A stretch of 64,000 nucleotides of DNA from Centroscyllium fabricii (taxonomy: Eukaryota): assembly GCA_051313645.2 (NCBI GenBank), contig JBNRSN020000008.1, positions 247,194,001 to 247,258,000 of the forward strand, given 5' to 3'. The translations under genes were made by a program, and so were the position numbers. Shown here piece after piece: positions 38,580-48,879 of the stretch (position 1 is the first letter of the stretch; each line of letters begins with the position of its first letter). The notes below the pieces were generated by a model. It saw only the letters and a list, made by a program, of their open reading frames with translations. It was not told the DNA's origin and did not search any database.

Positions 38580-39130
38580 TACCCCGATACAGAATGGCAA
38601 TGCAAGCGGGGGAGCTCCATTATGGAGTGGCTGGGGACATTAACATTGGGAATTGAGGTTGAAAATGCTGGACATTACGAGATAAATTCTGAGCACCCGG
38701 GGCAGCTGCAGCACTCTGTTTGTTGAACGTCGTACTCTCCGCCCACTTGGAATATTGGTCCCTCTGATATTGTTCTACGAATGAGGACGTGGAGTTAATC
38801 AAAGTCCCGAGATCTGAACGCTGCCTTAGTTACTCACCAGAAGCATTTAGTTGTTCAGACAGTTCACCCGAGCTCACATATGTCACAAAGACGTTAAATC
38901 TGAATTGCAAGATGGTAAAGAGAAAGACAATACGAAAATAAACTGTTAATGATGAGTATTGAAGAGAACAGTTGCCGCAGTCCGGTGTGATAACCGAAGG
39001 CAGCGGTTTCTAGATGGAACTTTAGATTAAAGAAAGAGGAACTTAGATTCTCACAGAAAGAACAGTTTCTGAGAACGAACGGAAAAGCTAAAATATATTT
39101 ACCAGAATTTACACTGACTGTTAAACATTT
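38580..39130. promoter_or_regulatory. Module copy 2 (left end at ~30700-30800, split by the Rex1 insertion)
   Basis: Aligns with the other copies: ctctccgcccac ~38736, gcggtttc ~39003, aagaggaact ~39034. Confidence 0.4.
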
Positions 39131-39769
39131 GTTACATTAAATTTCACTCTCCAATCTCCTGAAGCTGCTCATTTTCGAATGCCGCCCTCCAATACCCCAC
39201 CGCATGACCTGTTCATGATTGATTTCAAACAATGACTGGGTTGCTTGGTCTCAGTTCAGCTGTGTGAATCCTGGCAGAAATTTGCCTCCAAGTATGCAAC
39301 AGATATTAAGGCGCCACAGCAAACATTTGGCCCAGAATTCCTAAAGGAAACCATGGAGTATGTTGTTAGTTCAGGAAGCTGTGGTTGAGGTCAAAGATCA
39401 GCACATTGTCTTTTATAATGGCGGATCAGGCTGGAAGGGCGGAACGGCGCCAGCATCGTATGTTCCTGAAATACATGGAGAGATAATATTGCACTAAACA
39501 TCCCATTAAATGTAAATTTAGTGGGATTACATAAAAATGCTATGGAATAAACTGGATACAAAGCGCCTATAAACCCTGTATTGTGCTGCAAATGTAAATG
39601 TTCAGTGAAATCAATGCAGTTTGTTTGAGTCCAAATAATTTAAAGTGATTAAACGGCATTGAAACAGCAAAATTATATTCCATTTGGACGGCAATGCAAT
39701 CTTTTTGTGTCTTACTTTCGCCATTGATTTAATCAGTAAGGCAAGTCCGCTTGAAGCATGTTAGGAAAT

Positions 39770-41370
39770 GTATTAAACCTGGCATTGTAGTTAGTAGTGA
39801 GGAGGATAGCAGCAGACGTCCGAATGACAGAGGCAGACTGGTGAAATAGTCAGAAACATTGCAGCTGACATTCAGTGCAGAGAAGTGTGAATTGATGGAT
39901 TTTGGACAGACAAATGTAAGATACCATTTATAGGAAATTGTAAAATGTTCCAGGGCTCTCAAGAGCAAAGTGCACAGACAAAGGTCATTAAAGATGTAAG
40001 GGCCAGTTGATCCATCTGTTGCATAAAATAACTTTAAGATATTTTGCTTTAAGAGTAGGGACACAAATACCAAAGGAAGGGGGGTATGCTTAACATTTGT
40101 AAATCATGGTTAGGCCTCAGCTGGAGCATTGTATCCAATTCTGGGCATCACACATTGGAAAGGATCTCCTGACCTTCTTAACGGTGCAGAGGAAATTTAC
40201 CAGAATTGCAGGATGATGGAAATAATTTAAATATGTGGTCAGATTGAGAAGCTGGGGTTGTTCACCTTTTTGCAGAGAAGGTTAAGGGAAGATTGGCCAG
40301 AAAGATAGCAGTGATGATGGTCTTCAGTTATATGGTGTGGCTGGAGAATCTGTGATTGTTGACCTTGGAGCAAACCAAGCATGTGCCATAAGGATGAAAG
40401 GTGGGGGTTCTAAATCTACAGCTCCTGGATGAGAAACAGAATACAGCTTAAACTAAACAGAGAAAAGGAGGCAAATACCAATTGCTGAATACAGCAGAAC
40501 ACAAGGTCCAATAGTGAGAGTGCGAGCAGAAATTGATCAAACTGTTTAAGAGGGGTACACGGAGAGAATGAAAACAGATTAGCGGGTAACATCAATCTTC
40601 CTTAATAAGCGATGGAGGGAAAGTGGGGCCGAATATTTTCAAAAGAGGAAATATTTTTGTGGAGGCAGAGACCATGACTGATGTACTGAATGTTTAGTTT
40701 GCATCTGTCTTCACACAGGAAGAGGATAAGTAAATGTTGCAGTACATCTACTGGATAGGATAAAATAGATAGCAAGGGTGTGAACAATAACTTGGTGTTA
40801 ATAACATTAACACATCACCTGATCTATATGGGATGTATCCTCAATTGCTGAGGGAAGTGAAAGAGGAGATATCAGAAGTTCTGACCACATTCTTAAAAAA
40901 CACGATGAGAATGGGAGTGGCGCGTGAGGAATGAGTAACTGTAAAATGTCAGATGACTGTTCAAAAAACTGAAGAGCGATATAAAAGTTAATGGCAGGCT
41001 AATCAGTTTACAATCAGTGTAGTGGAAACTACTGGAGACGATTGTCCAGGGCAATATTAATTCTCACTTACAGGAGCATGCTTTAATATGTGGCAGTCAT
41101 TTTGGAATGGTTCAAGTAAATTCTTGATTGTCTAACCTGATTGCGTATTTTGGTATAATATCAATGATGGTTGATGAAGAATTTGCAGTAGATTTTATAT
41201 GTCTATAAATGCATTTAAGTATCAATTAACAGACTCACTCGAAGTGCAGAATCTCATGATATAATAGGCACGATGGTCAATTGAGTACTCAATTGGCTAC
41301 GTGATAAGATGCAGAGAGTAGTGTTGAACGGATGCTTCAGTGACTGTGCGGAAGTACGCAGTGTTATAGA
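39770..41370 (+). mobile_element. Old CR1 fragments within a segmentally duplicated block (paralog at ~57170-59430)
   Basis: Decayed CR1 motifs; collinear similarity to the 57-59 kb block, including non-CR1 flank (39480 vs 56870). Confidence 0.65.
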
Positions 41371-41491
41371 AAAATAGACATAGAAACATAGAAGATAGGA
41401 GCAGGAGTAGGCCATTCGGCCCTTCGACCCTGCTCCGCCATTCAATGAGATCATGGCTGATCATCCAAACTCAGCACCCTGTCCCTGCTTT

Positions 41492-42135
41492 TGACAGGTT
41501 AGGTTTTCTTTCACCCACAGTTGTACGATAAACTCGAGACACCACACACGAGAAGTTGAGTTCAACTTGTTTATTCGCCAGCTGGCTCAGGTAATTTACA
41601 AGCATCTACCAAGTCTGATGACTAGGCTCAGCGAGTAAAGAACTGCGCTGAACAGTCAAAAGGTTCGATCTTTTATTCTTAAAAACCACAAACAGCTTAT
41701 TTTAGTTAAACCAATCACTGACTTACATACAGAAGTAGGGCAGAGGATTCAAAGAAATATTTACAGTTTCTGCAATAACAAAGGCTGTGAGACAAGGGGA
41801 ATATAGTGTGGTTAGCTGCAGTCGCCTAACCGTTATCTTTTGTTCGCCTGGAGCAGCTATCTCCACACGAGGTGTGACTTTTTTGAGCCTGCATCAGCCA
41901 TCCTGAAACGCTTATCTCTATACTCGGGCGCGCCATCTAGCTTGTGGTGAACTAGACTGTCGAGTCAGAGCTTGACCTATTTTCTGCAACTGCAGAGCAA
42001 GCAGTTTTGGTCTTAAAGCAGAAGTAAGGTATTTGTACAAAATGCAATTTATTCTAGTTTCTCCCAAAGCTCCTATCTTCTATCTAGGGATCATCTCGGG
42101 TCTGTCCCGGCCTCGGGAGATATTTTACTCTGTCA
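41492..42135 (-). repeat. ERV 3' LTR (PPT at ~42136-42147)
   Basis: TGACAG..CTGTCA termini; adjacent ttccccccttt is the polypurine tract on the minus strand. Confidence 0.97.
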
Positions 42136-42435
42136 TTCCCCCCTTTTGTCATTACCATGACAATAATTTACCTCAAAACACGGACTTATGAGAAGTGGTT
42201 TATTGGTCCTACCAGAGTTTATTTCTGATGTCCGGTGCCTTATAGCCCCCGAAGCCTGGACTAAGTGATATACAGAGTCGACAGGCCGGCTTGTTGAGAC
42301 CACTCTCTTCCCTAGTCCCATTGTCTCTAGGTTATACCCCCCTTTTATTAACTGTCTTTTAGGTCTCTAAACTAATTTGGTCTTGAGGCCCTGGTGACGT
42401 GTTGTTTTTAGGACCTATGGGGAGGGGGTAGTTCG

Positions 42436-42810
42436 TCACTGGGGTAGTTCATACGAGTGTTCATCTTGTTGGTCGTCTTTCTCAGGTAGGTGAACCTGAT
42501 TGAGTCTTGCACATTCCTTCTCCATGGCTTCTCTTTCTTCCTGGTTGATGAGCCATGCATCTCCATCCTCGATCTGTTCTTCTTGATCATCTCCTTTATC
42601 CGCTATCAATCGGTGCAGCATCATCTTCTGGGTGGTCTGTAATCCATCAACCACATCTCCAATGCTTCCTACCGAACGCATCATTCTGGCAAGAATACAT
42701 TTAAGCACAGCAAGTCCAACCAGGATGCAAAGTAGAATGATTCCGAGGTATATGGCTATATTAACAAACCAGTCATACCATCCAATAATTCCCCAGTTTT
42801 CTCCAGTCGT
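42436..42810 (-). pseudogene. env: env TM anchor and cytoplasmic tail, out of frame with the upstream env ORF
   Basis: WGIIGWYDWFVNIAIYLGIILLCILVGLAVLKCILARMM followed by an acidic tail; fusion peptide and heptad region absent. Confidence 0.75.
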
Positions 42811-43612
42811 GCCTCCTCTTGGGTGCTTCCTTAGATTCGTCCATGCAGGTGATGGGGCTTTCAGTAATCCCCCACAGAGGGGAGACGGTGAACATATCTA
42901 GTACTGATTCGGGATTATAGCAGATAGGACCAGAATTGGGTCCGAACACGGACTCATGTATTTTGTGGAATAGATTAGTAATACCATTAGCTGGAGGTCC
43001 TGGGTTATTATTACTGGGGTCCTCGGGGGTAGGAGGCCCATCGGCTGTTGAGATACTTGGAAGGGGGGGGTGCCAGTCTGTTGATTCTATACTACGTTTT
43101 ATCCTAGACTTATCTTTGCGATCTAATCTCTTGGAGTCGGCTAACTCTGCTCGCCTACCTACTTCAGGATCTGGATGTGACTGAGCTTCCCGTAAGCACA
43201 TTCCCTCTGGCAATGTCTGCTTATACTTTACATCCTCATTATGTTTGTGTTCACATTTAAAATCAAATTTACATTCTTGGTAGTTGCAAGGCAACCCCCA
43301 CTGGTTTCTGAGTTCTAAGGTTCTTTGTCTATCAGTCTGTTTCAACCAACCGGTACAAAAGTCATTTTTGGTTACAGTCCAGCTTCCGAATGGATCCGAA
43401 GGATCAACACAGGTGATCATGTCTCCTTTACACAGGTGTCTGACTTTGTCCTTCTTGGCTCCAGATGAACACGTAAAGGTTCTACTTCTGTTCTTGCTGG
43501 TCGGTTGTCTGCTGATCTGTGGCTTCCTCTGTTCCTCATCAATTGTGATCCATTGTCCCTCAATGTCCACCAGTAGGTATAGCAGCGTGATGAGGACGAG
43601 TGGTACCCTCAT
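42773..43612 (-). CDS. env: Truncated Env (signal peptide plus N-terminal SU-like region), 279 aa, no membrane anchor
   Basis: ATG 37 nt after a strong acceptor (43651-43650); MRVPLVLITLLYLLVDIEG leader; Cys-rich region, RIKR basic site, proline-rich stretch, NLF..CY motif; located between IN and the PPT. Confidence 0.75.
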   Translation of the reverse strand: MRVPLVLITLLYLLVDIEGQWITIDEEQRKPQISRQPTSKNRSRTFTCSSGAKKDKVRHLCKGDMITCVDPSDPFGSWTVTKNDFCTGWLKQTDRQRTLELRNQWGLPCNYQECKFDFKCEHKHNEDVKYKQTLPEGMCLREAQSHPDPEVGRRAELADSKRLDRKDKSRIKRSIESTDWHPPLPSISTADGPPTPEDPSNNNPGPPANGITNLFHKIHESVFGPNSGPICYNPESVLDMFTVSPLWGITESPITCMDESKEAPKRRHDWRKLGNYWMV

Positions 43613-43694
43613 TTCTTCGGTTTTATGATCCTCCCGTTATTGCTACGGTCTGAAAGAATACAAAAACTAACAAAAGGGTTATTGCATCTTCTTT

Positions 43695-45311
43695 TTACTG
43701 ATCTTTAAGTGTCCCCACCTTCTTGACCTCCTCGACCCTATCCCCCCCCTTCTGATTACTTGTAATCAGTTTGCAATGATGAAGGTGAACCCAAGCATTG
43801 CGTCCTTCAAGTTTTGCTGCTGTGGGGGTGGTCAAGAGTACTTGGTAGGGACCAGTCCATCTTCTCTCCAGACCTTTGTGTGTCCAGTTTTTAACAAGGA
43901 CAAAGGTGCCTGGGACGATTTCTTGGGACAACTGGAGAGTTGGTGTAGGCCCATGGGCAGATCGGACCTATGAATGTGCATAACGTAAAGCATCAGTTAG
44001 ATTTAAAACATAGTCAGTTATTTCCTCAGTCATGTGATGAAAGTGGACTGTAGCAGGTGGTCGATCACCCCACGGGGTCCTGACTGGGCGACCATAGACA
44101 ATCTCTGATGGGGAAAGTTGGTGCCGTCCTGCTGGTGTAACACGGATCTGAAAAAGAGCTATTGGTAGTAATTTAAACCATGTTGACCCAGTTTGCTCCA
44201 CCAGTTTGGCGAGCTTATTTTTAAGGGTCTGATTCATGCGTTCGACAAGTCCTGCTGCTTGAGGATGATAAGCACAATGAAGTTCTTGTTCAATCCCTAA
44301 CTGTTTGCACATTTCTTTATTAATCTCCCCAATAAAGTGTGGTCCATTGTCAGAACTGATCCGAGCAGGAATACCATACCGAGGGATAATTTCGCAGAGC
44401 AATACTTTTACAACTGTTGAGGCTTTGTTATCAGAAGTGGGATATGCCTCTATCCATTTACTAAACACATCAACAATTACAAGAACATACTGATAACCAT
44501 TACATTTTGGCAGAGTTATATAATCCATTTGGAGAGTGTCAAAGGGACCCGAAGGGAGAGGGGTTTTTCCTTTGGCAAATTTTGAACCCGGGGATGGGTT
44601 ATGTTGTGAGCATACTAAACATCTATTAGAAAATGTAGCCGCCAGGGCTTGAAGTCTCGGGTGCCACCAGGTTTTAAGTAATAGATCGGTAGTTTGACGG
44701 GCGCCACAATGAGTAAGAAAATGAACACTTTCAATCACCCATCCCGCTAATACATCAGTCATACATGCTTGCCCAACTGGAGTAACCCAGAGTCCCTCTG
44801 AGTTACTCTTACAAGAGTGTTGGGTCCATAATTGCTTAACAGACTCAGGAGCGTCCCCCTGTAATAAAATAACATCCTTAATGGTTGGCATTGGTTTATC
44901 AGACGCAAAGATTCCCGGTGAAGGGGTTTTGGCTTGTGTCATCATTTGTAATGTAACCATCTGATTACCGAGTGAGGCCTTTTTGGCAGCAAAATCGGCA
45001 TTTCTATTTCCTATATCAACAGGGGTAGTCCCCGCAGTATGAGCTGAACATTTAATAACTGCTATTGATGTGGGCAACATGATAGCGAGCAAAAGATCAG
45101 AAACGAGTTGGCTGTTTGAGATCAAGGCACCTGATGAAGCAATAAAACCGCGATTCTTCCACAACTGTCCAAAATCATGCACTACTCCAAAGGCATACCG
45201 AGAGTCAGTGTAAATGTTCACAGACTGGTCATGAGCAAAGACACAAGCTTGAGTAAGAGCGTACAGTTCTGCTTGCTGGGCTGAAACGGGGTGCTGAATG
45301 GCCCCAGACAC
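43695..45311 (-). pseudogene. pol: pol 3' part: RNase H plus integrase, one in-frame TAG at 43970-43968
   Basis: SAQQAELYAL, IYTDSRYAFG, H..H..C..C, QMDYI / SSDNG / GLVER (DDE), then in the same frame RWTGPYQVLLTTPTA..WVH. Confidence 0.93.
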
Positions 45312-45484
45312 ACAGGTCTTCCCATCTTGGAAAACATTTTACTGCTTTGACCTGTGTCTCAGCTGAAGATCTGAGAGGTTCTTCTTTTACAACTTCCTCC
45401 CAGTCATCACTTAAGTCCTCATCTACTTCTTCGTCTGTGTCTATTGGTTCTTCAGCAACAGTAACAATCAATTGTTGAAATGTT

Positions 45485-46138
45485 TTACTGGGGGAAGGTT
45501 TGCCGTTTTTTGCCCCTTAGTCTAGTTTTAGATCTAGTTCCGTCTGATACTTTGTCATGATACTGTGGCGGGTTGCCTGAGGCAGACGGCGTGGACACTC
45601 CGGTACTGGAGTGTCCCCGAGGTACTTTCCTTTGTGTACCTCGTGTACCCTTCACGGGAGGAGGTGCCAGCCCGGAGGGTGGTCCAACAAATATATTCGT
45701 CGAAACAGGAGTCTGTGATACTGGCGGAGGTTGGATTGGTGGAGGTACTACTTGGACAGGTGGCGGCACTATACTGGGATATATTAATGGTACTTGAGGG
45801 GCGGCAGATTGGACTGCTACGTACGGGGGAGGTGGTGCCAATGGTGTCACAGGCGCGGTTGGTCCATAGAGATTCGGGGGATACCATTCCAAAAGACTAT
45901 CGCCATCTGGATCATCTAAACCAATGCCTACCATCGACTTACGTAAGTCTTTTACCTCGGCCGTTAGGTCCCGTTTGGAACCTTTTTGTTGTTTTACAAA
46001 CGTTACCTCCTTTTTCAATATGTCTTTCCAAAATACTGTAAAAACATTGAATATAACTGGAAAAAAATTGTTATTCATATTTAAGCAAATCAAATCAAAC
46101 TGCTTCGGAAGGTTTCTCCATAGCAACCGCGACTCCAA
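45485..46138 (-). pseudogene. gag: gag fragment with late domains
   Basis: GPTAPVTPLAPPPPY (PTAP and PPPY) in a proline-rich p12-like stretch; CA and NC are missing. Confidence 0.75.
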
Positions 46139-46923
46139 GATTAACTCTAAGACTGAAACGTAATCTTTTGTTAAACAATCCTTTTGTTGTTCTCAGTTTT
46201 TAGACACCAGCTTAATTTAAATAAGTTCCAGTTTTTTTTTTTTTAAGACAGACTTTCCGAAATAAAGTTTATCAATTTTTTTTTTTTTTTTTTTTAAGGG
46301 GACTCGGTCTCCTTTGATTAAACGTTTCATCAATTACCAATTCACGGGCACTCCCCATGGGCTTTATCCCTCCTCAAGAGCAGCAGCTGATCAAGAAGCT
46401 ACTTTCGAGGTCGGATCTATTACACAATCTTATTCGTACATTCGTAAAACTCCAAAATCCAATCCAAGACAAGAGGGTTAAATGCTTTTAACACAGACGT
46501 GGGTGGAGTTAAACCACACATAACAGAATAAATTGGGGAAAAAGGTTAACTCGTATTACTCTTAAACATAGGGTCGTTTTCATTTCATAATTCACTACAT
46601 TTTGTACATCAGTTAACACACACACACTTCATTCAACTCCAACCAAATCCATTCATACGGCAGAAAGAATACAACACCAACAACCGAGAGAGAGAGAAAC
46701 ACGCATCCTGTGACCTTGGAGAGGAAAGCACAGGCTTTTAAAGAGACAGTCCATTCAGGACGACGGAACACATTCTGTAGGTTTCCCCCACCCTCAGCCC
46801 CAGGGGTCCTGAGGGCCAGCCTCTCCCAACAAAGGTGGACCAATTCGTCCAGTCCCGCACTTCTCGACACACCACACAATGAGAACCACAAAAACAAGAA
46901 CCAAAACCACCACAAATTCAACA

Positions 46924-47145
46924 CTACCCTGGCTCTTCCATCACCACCATTTCCCATATCCTTTGTTGTGCAACTTTGACGGTGGCTACATTACTTGATC
47001 CTCCCGTTGGCCATTCAACCAATCCCAATCTGTGCGACAGTCCAGCGGAAAGTTTTCTAAATTTTTCAATTTTATCTGGATGTTTGTCACATAACTGTTG
47101 TAATGGACTGGATGGGTCTGCACAAGTATCTACAACATTTCCCAT
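46924..47145 (-). CDS. Matrix-like short ORF
   Basis: MGN.. myristoylation-type start, SPL and WPxGGS motifs typical of class I MA. Confidence 0.6.
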   Translation of the reverse strand: MGNVVDTCADPSSPLQQLCDKHPDKIEKFRKLSAGLSHRLGLVEWPTGGSSNVATVKVAQQRIWEMVVMEEPG

Positions 47146-47352
47146 GATCTTACTATCTGTTTATTAGTGTGACCCTATTGTCTTCTTCGTCCTGATCAGA
47201 CTTTACTGGTACGTTAATTCCTTTTTGTTCATATAGATCAAAACACCAAATTAAAAGACAAATAATGTTTAATATCAAAATTACTGTAAATCCAAGTGTA
47301 TCCAAATTCATTAATCTAATTTTATTGAGAGACTCGTTAATACTCCATTTTT

Positions 47353-47910
47353 AGTCAGAGAACCACTCCATCTGACCTTTCTAATCACCCTAATATTTTA
47401 TTTTAAGTCAGAGAACCAATCTATCTGACTTCTCTAATTACCCTAATAGTCAGAGAACCAATCTATCTGACTTCTCTAATTACCCTAATAGTCAGAGAAC
47501 CAATCTATCTGACTTCTCTAATTACCCTAATAGTCAGAGAACCAATCTATCTGACTTCTCTAATTACCCTAATAGTCAGAGAACCAATCTATCTGACTTC
47601 TGTAATTTATTTTTTTAGTCAGAGAACCACTCCATCTGACTTCTCTAATTTATTTTTTTAGTCAGAGAACCACTCCATCTGACTTCTCTAATTTATTTTT
47701 TTAGTCAGAGAACCACTCCATCTGACTTCTCTAATTTATTTTTTTAGTCAGAGAACCACTCCATCTGACTTCTCTAATTTATTTTTTTAGTCAGAGAACC
47801 ACTCCATCTGACTTCTCTAATTTATTTTTTTAGTCAGAGAACCACTCCATCTGACTTCTCTAATTTATTTTTTTAGTCAGAGAACCACTCCATCTGACTT
47901 CTCTAATTAC
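47353..47910. repeat. 13-copy 42/43-bp hairpin tandem array in the ERV leader
   Basis: AGTCAGA-N11-TCTGAC(T) at 47353, 47406, 47448, 47490, 47532, 47574, 47617, 47660, 47703, 47746, 47789, 47832 and 47875. Confidence 0.95.
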
Positions 47911-48150
47911 CTTAAAGACCCATTCAATTTAAGGTTAGACTCGTGGGTGTCACAACTGTATTTTATTTGATTCCGTCACACAGTCTGCCCCCTCGTGGTG
48001 AACTCGAGTTTACTCAAAAATCGGTTTTGACAGTCAGGAGAACAAAGTGGCACTTTAAATAAATGTACTCACTTTGGTGGCCTATTCCTTTCAATCAATC
48101 CGTTGAGCAACTCTATATCAACCACGGGTGGTCAGAACTGTGATTTTGGA

Positions 48151-48168
48151 ATCCCGGACGAGCCCCCA
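48151..48168 (-). promoter_or_regulatory. Primer binding site, tRNA-Pro
   Basis: TGGGGGCTCGTCCGGGAT, 2 nt downstream of the 5' LTR; the canonical Pro PBS as in MLV. Confidence 0.95.
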
Positions 48169-48170
48169 AA

Positions 48171-48814
48171 TGACAGGTTAGGTTTTCTTTCACCCACAGT
48201 TGTACGATAAACTCGAGACACCACACACGAGAAGTTGAGTTCAACTTGTTTATTCGCCAGCTGGCTCAGGTAATTTACAAGCATCTACCAAGTCTGATGA
48301 CTAGGCTCAGCGAGTAAAGAACTGCGCTGAACAGTCAAAAGGTTCGATCTTTTATTCTTAAAAACCACAAACAGCTTATTTTAGTTAAACCAATCACTGA
48401 CTTACATACAGAAGTAGGGCAGAGGATTCAAAGAAATATTTACAGTTTCTGCAATAACAAAGGCTGTGAGACAAGGGGAATATAGTGTGGTTAGCTGCAG
48501 TCGCCTAACCGTTATCTTTTGTTCGCCTGGAGCAGCTATCTCCACACGAGGTGTGACTTTTTTGAGCCTGCATCAGCCATCCTGAAACGCTTATCTCTAT
48601 ACTCGGGCGCGCCATCTAGCTTGTGGTGAACTAGACTGTCGAGTCAGAGCTTGACCTATTTTCTGCAACTGCAGAGCAAGCAGTTTTGGTCTTAAAGCAG
48701 AAGTAAGGTATTTGTACAAAATGCAATTTATTCTAGTTTCTCCCAAAGCTCCTATCTTCTATCTAGGGATCATCTCGGGTCTGTCCCGGCCTCGGGAGAT
48801 ATTTTACTCTGTCA
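48171..48814 (-). repeat. ERV 5' LTR
   Basis: Matches 41492-42135; PBS is adjacent. Confidence 0.97.
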
Positions 48815-48879
48815 CTTTCTCCCCATATCCCTCGATCCCTATCGAGCCTGCACCGACACATATCCCACCCTATCCCCGT

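Larger units (their letters stand above)
41492..48814 (-). mobile_element. Class I (gamma/epsilon-like) endogenous retrovirus, non-autonomous, very recent
   Basis: Two 644-bp LTRs with no mismatch seen; 4-bp TSD CTTT (41488-41491, 48815-48818); PBS-Pro; PPT; remnants of gag, RNase H-IN and env; inserted into an HE1/CR1 tail that resumes at 48819. Confidence 0.97.

Noticed and set aside
43968-43970. Programmed UAG readthrough
   Set aside because: Class I readthrough occurs at the gag-pol junction, not inside integrase, and I saw no clear downstream pseudoknot; a point mutation is simpler.
47353-47910. CRISPR-like array of palindromic repeats
   Set aside because: Linkers are repeated rather than unique spacers, there are no cas genes, and the array lies inside a vertebrate ERV leader.
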